A DNA stretch of 64,000 nt from positions 64,001-128,000 of IMG/VR virus record IMGVR_UViG_3300033073_001516, one strand, 5' to 3'. The notes under the pieces were generated by a model. It was not told where the DNA came from and made no database searches. It was given only the letters and a program-made list of their open reading frames with translations. Position 1 is the stretch's first letter. The number at the start of each line of letters is the position of its first letter. The translations under genes and the position numbers were made by a program. Source of the stretch: a virus (taxonomy: Duplodnaviria; Caudoviricetes). This document shows, piece after piece, positions 58,020-64,000 of the stretch.

Positions 58020-58505
58020 TCACTTCTTTATTGCCTTAACTAGGTCGGACGATGATTGAATCTTACCTCCGCCCACACCAAAAATCACCTGTGTTCCCAT
58101 CGATTCGCAAAGATCAAACTCAGGGACGTTCGTAGCAGCATCACGATCTCCACCCTTCGTAAACGCGAACGGTTTTAGAATCCTGAGAGCCTCGGTCACC
58201 GTCTGGCTTCCGTCGTCCCAAGGAACGACATAATCAACGCCACGAACTCCAGCGATAATCTCCATTCTTTCATCTTCGGGCATGAAAGCGTATCCCTTCT
58301 TTCGAAGCAGGAAACCATCACCATTCACGATAACGGCTAGCCGAGTCTTTCCCCCGATCTTCTGAGCGAGTTCTGCAGATTCTATTAAGCAACGAAGATG
58401 ACCAACGTGCATTGGATCAAAACCGCCAGATGTAACAATCAAACGCTCATTATAGATGTCTGCATGAGTTCTAAGATCTTGAACTGATTCAAAAATTTCT
58501 GCCAT
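58020..58505 (-). CDS. Nucleotidylyltransferase (cytidylyltransferase-like)
   Basis: SGGFDPMHVGH, KGGDR, KIQSSS. Confidence 0.85.
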   Translation of the reverse strand: MAEIFESVQDLRTHADIYNERLIVTSGGFDPMHVGHLRCLIESAELAQKIGGKTRLAVIVNGDGFLLRKKGYAFMPEDERMEIIAGVRGVDYVVPWDDGSQTVTEALRILKPFAFTKGGDRDAATNVPEFDLCESMGTQVIFGVGGGKIQSSSDLVKAIKK

Positions 58506-58514
58506 TTTTAACTC

Positions 58515-60143
58515 CTAGGTCTTATGAATTGAATCGCGGAACGATTCAGGGAACATGTCACGTTGCTGACCATAGAATCTATCCCAATCAGAATCCAAGA
58601 TATAGGAAACAGCGTGATCATCAGCTGAGCGAATTGAACGACCGAGAGATTGAATAATCGTCTTAGCCGTCTGAAGTGGGTACCACCAGCTCCATTTCCT
58701 CATACGCTTCTGAACAAGCTTGTCACCGAGGTAAGGGTAAGGAACCTTACAGATGATCTGGAAGCGGCTCAAATCGCCCTTCAGGTCAACACCTTCAGTC
58801 ATAGACGGCGTTACTAGAACAGTGGGCTCCTTGCTGCTGATATGCTGATTGAGAACGTCCTCTCGATCCTCCGACTTGTGAGTTAGAAGACGCTTGCTCT
58901 TAATGTTCTTCATGATATAACTCGAGACCTTGTATGAATGGCAGTGGATGATGCCTTTCTCATTTGGGTGAGCTGCGAGGATTTGCTTAACAGCTTCGGC
59001 TAGCTTCGGAAGCGTATTATCAATTTCTGCAGCGCTCATCTTACCGATGGAGCTCACTAGAACTGGTCGATTTTCAACCGGAAACGGAGACGGAAGGCTG
59101 ATGAAAGCCGCTTCGCTGAGTGGGATTCCAAGACTTTCGCAGAAAGCACGTTGATTTAGGATCGTGGCCGATAGCATTAGAACTTTCCTCCCGAACTTGA
59201 ACAACGACTGTTCAGAATACGGAGAGATATCGATGGGCTTAAATTCAAGACGTCGAGTCTTTCGGTCCTCGGTCTCAGTGATGTTAAAGACCCAGTTATC
59301 CTCATCAAAAAGATCGAGGAACCGATTGACCTTGCACATGTGCTTGTCGAGCATCTCAATCTGACGCGAGAGAGCATCGAACTCCTTCACCTTCTCACGA
59401 AGACCAGCGTGCTGCTCGAACATGGACTCGATATGCTTCAGGTGGGAGGTGAGCTTTACGATATAGACGTTCTTGATCCAATCAAACGCAGCGCGCTCGC
59501 TGTTGAGAGTTTTTGGCATCTGGAGGTTTAGGACGGTCTGCGCAAACTTCTCAGAAACAGAGACCTCAATAAACTTGCTGAGCTCAGAGTCAGAATTATG
59601 GGCTTCATCGATAACAAGAACATCACGTGGTAGTAGCTTTCCAGCGTAGGTCGTCTCAGCCATGAAGTATGAGAAGTTGGTGATGGACTCTGGAGATTCC
59701 ATGAACTTTCCCTTCGCCTCTTTGTAATTGCAGCTGAACGAGCATGTTCTAAAAAATTTGGAAGTCTTATCCTGCTCCAGTTTCAATAGGCGCTGAGATT
59801 CACCGCATGACTGCTTCTTGTGATACTTACACTGATAGTTGGAACTAGACTTGATCGACGTCATCGGACCCTTGCATCCGCCGAAATCGTCAAGGTACTG
59901 CTCCTGTAGAATCTTCTGAGTCGTGAGAAAATAAGAACCACGCTTATACTCACCATTTGGAATGAGCCAGCTCGAGAGAGCTCGAGAAATGCAAACACCA
60001 ATTGCTGACTTTCCAACACCCGTTCCAGCCTCGATGATAACGAACCTCTTACCGCTCTCAAATTCATTGAGAGCAAATTCGATCGCTTCACGCTGCTGAT
60101 CTCGAATTTGTCCGAATGGGAAATGATTTTCGTACTTGATCAT
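58515..60143 (-). CDS. DinG/YoaA-family SF2 helicase
   Basis: Q motif, AGTGVGKS, four Fe-S Cys, DEAH, SAT, EGVD, Q.LGR.IR. Confidence 0.9.
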   Translation of the reverse strand: MIKYENHFPFGQIRDQQREAIEFALNEFESGKRFVIIEAGTGVGKSAIGVCISRALSSWLIPNGEYKRGSYFLTTQKILQEQYLDDFGGCKGPMTSIKSSSNYQCKYHKKQSCGESQRLLKLEQDKTSKFFRTCSFSCNYKEAKGKFMESPESITNFSYFMAETTYAGKLLPRDVLVIDEAHNSDSELSKFIEVSVSEKFAQTVLNLQMPKTLNSERAAFDWIKNVYIVKLTSHLKHIESMFEQHAGLREKVKEFDALSRQIEMLDKHMCKVNRFLDLFDEDNWVFNITETEDRKTRRLEFKPIDISPYSEQSLFKFGRKVLMLSATILNQRAFCESLGIPLSEAAFISLPSPFPVENRPVLVSSIGKMSAAEIDNTLPKLAEAVKQILAAHPNEKGIIHCHSYKVSSYIMKNIKSKRLLTHKSEDREDVLNQHISSKEPTVLVTPSMTEGVDLKGDLSRFQIICKVPYPYLGDKLVQKRMRKWSWWYPLQTAKTIIQSLGRSIRSADDHAVSYILDSDWDRFYGQQRDMFPESFRDSIHKT

Positions 60144-60254
60144 TGGCTCACTTTTAGTTTGAGGTTTGAGTTAAACTTCCTTCCATATTTTAAGCTTCAC
60201 GCTCAAGAAGAATAGATATAAATGGAATAATAATAACATAGAAAGGAGGGCGCA

Positions 60255-60932
60255 ATGAAGACACTAGCCATATTGCTGATGATGATCATCGGATGCAATG
60301 AGACAAGAAGCGTTCCAAACCAGCAAAGTTTTGTCTACATACGAACTCAATCAATTGAAAACGAAAAAGACTGTGAGGGCGAAGACTGCTCTTTGAAGAT
60401 CACAACAAGCAGCGGGTCGGGATCAGTAATTCGTCATCGCAATCATAATACCTACGTTCTCACTGCAGGTCATGTATGCGAAACTACAGATCCAAGCGTA
60501 TCGATCGCGATAGCCATCGATAGCGCGGGAAACACTCATGAAATTGAAAAATCAAGATACTCTAGTGATCCGGACCTTTGCATCATGAAGTCGCTGGGAT
60601 CGTGGGGAGTTCCATTGAAATTTTCGAATCCATCCGAGAGTTTAAAGTACGGTGACAGAGTGATCTCCATGTCAGCTCCGAATGGGATATTCTCAAAGAA
60701 TATGGTTCCAATATTCAGCGGAATGTACTCTGGTAACTTACAGAATGGAGATAATGTGTACACGCTTCCAGCGATGGCTGGAGCCAGCGGATCTGCCGTG
60801 CTAAATGACAAACTCGAAATCGTTTCAGTGATTCATTCCGCTGCAAAGGGATTTCAACACATCGCTATTGGAACAAACTCTCAGCGTCTTGATCAATTCA
60901 TCAATAGCTCAAGCGATTTCATCGAAAAATAG
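60255..60932 (+). CDS. Trypsin-like serine protease, predicted lipoprotein
   Basis: Lipobox IIGC; LTAGHVC, DLC, GASGS triad; SD AAGGAGG. Confidence 0.8.
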   Translation: MKTLAILLMMIIGCNETRSVPNQQSFVYIRTQSIENEKDCEGEDCSLKITTSSGSGSVIRHRNHNTYVLTAGHVCETTDPSVSIAIAIDSAGNTHEIEKSRYSSDPDLCIMKSLGSWGVPLKFSNPSESLKYGDRVISMSAPNGIFSKNMVPIFSGMYSGNLQNGDNVYTLPAMAGASGSAVLNDKLEIVSVIHSAAKGFQHIAIGTNSQRLDQFINSSSDFIEK

Positions 60933-60938
60933 AGCTGA

Positions 60939-61226
60939 CTATTTTTGAGATTCATCGCTAGCTAATAACGATCGATACGCGCGCTCGGCGCGATCTCTAG
61001 CCCAGAACGTCGCGTCATTTTCTGACTTAAAGCGTCTGCTCGGCGTACTCAGATCATCTCTATCTTTCACCGTTACTCGCGCGAAATAACAGTTGTTGAT
61101 GGGGTCGGCGGTGATAACGACATGAACTCCCGGGAAGTCACGCCAGTTCATGGTATCAGGTCTAGGAGATTTTAGATCCCTACCGATCTCTTCTCTGATA
61201 AGCTTTCTGAGCAATGAGATTGTCAT
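60939..61226 (-). CDS. Hypothetical protein
   Basis: 95 aa; N-terminal LRKLIREEI motif common in large-phage proteins. Confidence 0.5.
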   Translation of the reverse strand: MTISLLRKLIREEIGRDLKSPRPDTMNWRDFPGVHVVITADPINNCYFARVTVKDRDDLSTPSRRFKSENDATFWARDRAERAYRSLLASDESQK

Positions 61227-61384
61227 AGTGATCTCTCGATCTCTTTGATATCTTTTATGCTGGATAGAATAGCACGCGCCACTTCGGGATCAGTATTAGC
61301 GAGTTTCCTGACTATCAATTCTAGATCTTTTATCGCTCGTCTCGACAGATATCTCGACCTTGCTGATTGGTTCTCGGATTGCAA
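61223..61384 (-). CDS. Small hypothetical protein (53 aa), absent from the ORF track
   Basis: TTG start after GGAGA; MQSENQSARSRYLSRRAIKDLELIVRKLANTDPEVARAILSSIKDIKEIERSL; stop overlaps the next ATG (ATGA). Confidence 0.45.
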   Translation of the reverse strand: MQSENQSARSRYLSRRAIKDLELIVRKLANTDPEVARAILSSIKDIKEIERSL

Positions 61385-61592
61385 TCAAATCTCCAGATTG
61401 ATTTCTGCTTATAACTATCAAGCTCTCTTGCGTCATAGGGCATTTTTCAAATTGAAGATCTAGATCGCCGTCCAACGGAGCTTTATAGATGAAATCGTTA
61501 TTCTCGTAGTTCAGAACTGGATTATAAAAATCCACGTCAGACGTGAGCAAAAGGCTCACGAAAAGAGCGATGAACATAACTAAAATCTCCAT
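61296..61592 (-). CDS. Hypothetical protein with an N-terminal TM/signal segment
   Basis: 98 aa; hydrophobic first 16 aa; ATATTTAT motif upstream. Confidence 0.45.
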   Translation of the reverse strand: MEILVMFIALFVSLLLTSDVDFYNPVLNYENNDFIYKAPLDGDLDLQFEKCPMTQESLIVISRNQSGDLIAIREPISKVEISVETSDKRSRIDSQETR

Positions 61593-61606
61593 TAACGTAA
61601 ATAAAT

Positions 61607-61641
61607 ATCGCAGCTTAGAGTCTAAATCTCTAAGCTGCGAT
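61607..61641 (-). terminator. Hairpin/terminator after the lysozyme gene
   Basis: 14-bp perfect stem atcgcagcttagag/ctctaagctgcgat, 7-nt loop, AT-rich tail. Confidence 0.75.
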
Positions 61642-61667
61642 TAAATTTGCATGCTACGTGATGTATT

Positions 61668-62222
61668 TTAAGAATTTTTTTTCATAATTTCTTTCATGAT
61701 CTTAACACGTTGCTTTGCTTTACGAAGCTTATCTTTCGGTCGCTCTATCTCGGTGCAAAAAGCGATAGTGTGCTCAGCTGCTGATGCTTCGCGTTTCTCG
61801 AGAGACATTATTTTCTTGCTCTTCTTTAAAGCACCTATGATTCTTTCTGTCGATTTCTTAGCGTCTTTCATTTCATGAGGCTTCATTTTTTTTCCAAGCC
61901 CTCGAGGGTTGATTTGAAAAACGCCAAGCTCCCCTTCGGATCCGACCGCTTCAGGGTTCAACTTACTTTCTGCGTAAGCATTGACGATAGCTCCCATGAT
62001 CAAATTGTCAGAGAATCCATGAGATCTAAGCTTACGTTCAATTCCACGAGCGATGTTAGCCTGATCGTCGGTCAAAACTAAATTGTTCACAACTGTGAAC
62101 TCATAAGGCGGCGGCTCAGCTCTCGAAACTTCGCTTGGATACAGGGCGATTGCGCTAACTGAAATAAAGCACAATCCACGTACCAATCGCGAGAGATGAT
62201 GCGTTAACAATTGCAAGTTCAA
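61668..62222 (-). CDS. Phage tail lysozyme-like muralytic enzyme with an N-terminal signal
   Basis: GAIVNAYAESKLNP..G.LGVFQ..F..EIERP; TTG start with SD GGAGA. Confidence 0.7.
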   Translation of the reverse strand: MNLQLLTHHLSRLVRGLCFISVSAIALYPSEVSRAEPPPYEFTVVNNLVLTDDQANIARGIERKLRSHGFSDNLIMGAIVNAYAESKLNPEAVGSEGELGVFQINPRGLGKKMKPHEMKDAKKSTERIIGALKKSKKIMSLEKREASAAEHTIAFCTEIERPKDKLRKAKQRVKIMKEIMKKNS

Positions 62223-62451
62223 GTCTTTCTCCTTTTGACTTTGCGTCCAGGTAAAAAAACATGTTGAACGCGTTGATTAATGGCAGAACAAATCCGAGCG
62301 AGGTCGCAATCAGGACTTCTTTATGGGCTAGGGCTATTGAGAATCTCGTCGCGAAGATGTTCGTGCACATAGAAAGTGCGAACACAGCTAGGAGACGAAC
62401 GATTCTCTGCTTTAGTATGCTCCGAATGTCTGTTTCCATGCGAGATCTCAC
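62155..62451 (-). CDS. Small three-TM membrane protein (possible holin)
   Basis: 98 aa with three hydrophobic segments; overlaps the lysozyme start. Confidence 0.4.
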   Translation of the reverse strand: MRSRMETDIRSILKQRIVRLLAVFALSMCTNIFATRFSIALAHKEVLIATSLGFVLPLINAFNMFFYLDAKSKGERLELAIVNASSLAIGTWIVLYFS

Positions 62452-62768
62452 TCATCATTGTCTGCCAATTTGTAATTATGCTTCTCACTGACTTGCGTCC
62501 ATGCCCGTTGACGTACCTCCATCATCACGTGGCCACGCTTTGATCTGTTCGAGAGGCGCCTGATCCTCTTTTCGCTAAGGATATCCCTAAGAATTTTTCG
62601 AAACTTTCGACGACATCGACGAGATTCATCTTTTGTCATAGATTCTAGAGCTTCATCGATGCTTTTCGGTTTCTCGTCACGAAAGGCGCACGCGATCGTA
62701 GGGTGGATAATCCCAAGGTCAAGAGCGATTATGTCGCTGAAAATATCGATCTGATTGTACGCGCTCAT
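62448..62768 (-). CDS. Basic hypothetical protein
   Basis: Start moved to MSAY behind SD AGGAGA because the ORF-track start lies inside a terminator. Confidence 0.5.
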   Translation of the reverse strand: MSAYNQIDIFSDIIALDLGIIHPTIACAFRDEKPKSIDEALESMTKDESRRCRRKFRKILRDILSEKRIRRLSNRSKRGHVMMEVRQRAWTQVSEKHNYKLADNDE

Positions 62769-62780
62769 GCTTTCTCCTAG

Positions 62781-62825
62781 AAAAATACCGAGCTCCAACT
62801 AAAGTGAATGTTGGAGCTCGGTATT
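62781..62825 (-). terminator. Rho-independent terminator downstream of the tRNA/ncRNA region
   Basis: 16-bp perfect stem aataccgagctccaac/gttggagctcggtatt, 10-nt loop, U-run. Confidence 0.85.
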
Positions 62826-62966
62826 GCGTTTACTGACCACTAGCACCGTGTGGACTTTCAACTGGACACAAATTTATCTGATTGCTGAAATCAATCGGCG
62901 CGATACTCCATTTTTAGAACCGGAGAGAACGCGGTCCCAACGCTGGACATTTCAGACCCTACGTTG
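62826..62966 (-). ncRNA. Candidate structured RNA with complementary (kissing) loops
   Basis: Non-coding gap ending at a terminator; hairpin loops CUGAAAU (62949-62955) and AUUUCAG (62885-62891) are perfectly complementary. Confidence 0.35.
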
Positions 62967-63039
62967 AATAATAGTATTTCTCTCGGATGCAAGACGATAC
63001 AAGGTATTGCATCTAAGCTATCACTAGAATGATAGCATG

Positions 63040-63114
63040 TGGTGATCCCACTGGGAGTTGAACCCAGCTTGCGAGAGTGAAAATCTCGAGTCCTAACCGA
63101 TAGACGATGGGATC
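63040..63114 (-). tRNA. tRNA-Glu (TTC)
   Basis: Cloverleaf GATCCCA/TGGGATC, anticodon arm CGAGA-TTTTCAC-TCTCG, encoded CCA. Confidence 0.93.
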
Positions 63115-63118
63115 AAGG

Positions 63119-63192
63119 TGGTTGGGGCGTAAGGATTCGAACCTTCATTCGCGGGGTCAAAGCCCGCTGTCCTACCGTTGAACGACGCCCCA
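63119..63192 (-). tRNA. tRNA-Gln (TTG)
   Basis: U1-A72, TGGGGCG/CGCCCCA, GCGGG-CTTTGAC-CCCGC, TTCGAAT loop, encoded CCA. Confidence 0.93.
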
Positions 63193-63234
63193 GCAGGGTT
63201 CCGTTTTTCTGGAACGGTTTCCTAAAACCCTAGA

Positions 63235-63310
63235 TGGTGGGCCCTGTGGGAATCGAACCCACAACCTTGGGATTAAAAGTCCCTTGCTCTGCCAGTTGAG
63301 CTAAAGGCCC
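63235..63310 (-). tRNA. tRNA-Lys (TTT)
   Basis: GGGCCTT/AGGGCCC, AGGGA-CTTTTAA-TCCCA, TTCGATT loop, encoded CCA. Confidence 0.95.
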
Positions 63311-63354
63311 GTTTGATTTTGTTCGGCCGGTTTGTTTCCGCTCCTCACATATTG

Positions 63355-63383
63355 ATAATAACATGGGGGCGGTAGCTTTGCAC
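63355..63383 (-). promoter_or_regulatory. Sigma70-type promoter for the tRNA cluster
   Basis: GTGCAA-N17-TATTAT with extended -10 TG. Confidence 0.6.
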
Positions 63384-63386
63384 GAT

Positions 63387-63983
63387 TTATTTCGGCTTAA
63401 CGCCACTTTTTAGCACAATCTCGCAGATGTGCTCGAGTCGTTCGATATGCTCAAAGGCTGACCAAGGATCACCAGCGACGGCACATACGCCGTGATTTGC
63501 TTGCCCTACGATATCGTGCTGGAGTGAACCATCATCAGCCACCTCCAGGTGGGCTCCAGTTGCATCACCCAATTCACGTGATGTTGCCGGCAGGCAAGGT
63601 ACATTAGGCCCAACACGGGTGTACCGGTTCACTTCTGGAAACTGCCTGGCGATCTCCTGAAGGTCCCAGCCGGCGAACATGGCGGAAACGATATGGGTCG
63701 CGTGAACGTGGACGACGGCGCGGGTCTTCGTGGCGTTTTTCTGGATTAACCAATGCATGTGAAGCTCGCCGGAAGCGTTCTGTCCGCTAGGAACAACAAC
63801 ACCATCGTCCGTGAGCTTGCATTTCACGATGTGCTCTGGATGTATGATCGTCTTTCGCCAACCCGATGGCGTGATGTAGAGAGTTTTTGAGTTAGTTCTA
63901 CGAAGCGAAATGTTGCCATCTCGCGTGGTGATCCACCCACGCTCATGACACTCACGCATGATATCACCGATCGCTGTCAGCAT
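63387..63983 (-). CDS. Class II aldolase/adducin family protein
   Basis: GNISLR, ITPSG, ASGELHMH, AVVHVH, NHGV. Confidence 0.88.
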   Translation of the reverse strand: MLTAIGDIMRECHERGWITTRDGNISLRRTNSKTLYITPSGWRKTIIHPEHIVKCKLTDDGVVVPSGQNASGELHMHWLIQKNATKTRAVVHVHATHIVSAMFAGWDLQEIARQFPEVNRYTRVGPNVPCLPATSRELGDATGAHLEVADDGSLQHDIVGQANHGVCAVAGDPWSAFEHIERLEHICEIVLKSGVKPK

Positions 63984-64000
63984 TTCAATCCTTCAAAAGT

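Noticed and set aside
61223-61592. TM protein plus overlapping +1 ORF after the lysozyme as Rz/Rz1 spanins
   Set aside because: The overlapping ORF has no signal peptide or lipobox Cys, and a strong hairpin separates the pair from the lysozyme gene.
63193-63234. Structured tRNA spacer as a tRNA-associated HDV-like (theta) ribozyme
   Set aside because: It is only 42 nt and folds as a simple bulged hairpin (AGGGTT/AACCCT, CCGTT/AACGG); no nested double pseudoknot is identifiable.

Overview
This 64-kb window is a densely coding segment of a large (jumbo/huge) myovirus-like phage genome, almost entirely on the minus strand and in the standard genetic code. From start to end it contains: (1) 0-24.7 kb, a contractile-tail baseplate/fibre module (Fn3 proteins, a collagen/knob repeat fibre, LamG proteins, gp6-, gp25- and gp5/gpV-like genes); (2) a gp55-like late sigma factor; (3) 26-43.8 kb, a glycan-biosynthesis island (gmd, fcl, glf, ugd, epimerases, about 9 soluble glycosyltransferase domains, a methyltransferase) with no flippase, polymerase or lipid-carrier enzyme; (4) two more fibre genes; (5) 47-60 kb, a host-interaction block (PIN-PhoH, Zn-finger sigma-4 protein, Hc1-like protein, YkuK RNase H-like protein, a degenerate GroEL, a permuted yeaH-spoVR-prkA operon, Nudix, cupin, DinG); (6) a lipoprotein protease, a lysozyme, a candidate kissing-loop ncRNA, three tRNAs (Lys-UUU, Gln-UUG, Glu-UUC) and a class II aldolase. 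The best candidate for an undescribed system is cytoplasmic virion glycosylation: the glycan island is flanked by structurally unrelated virion proteins strongly enriched in a short [S/T]-G-S motif that could be a glycosylation sequon. All family assignments come from recognising motifs by eye; no database searches were run.
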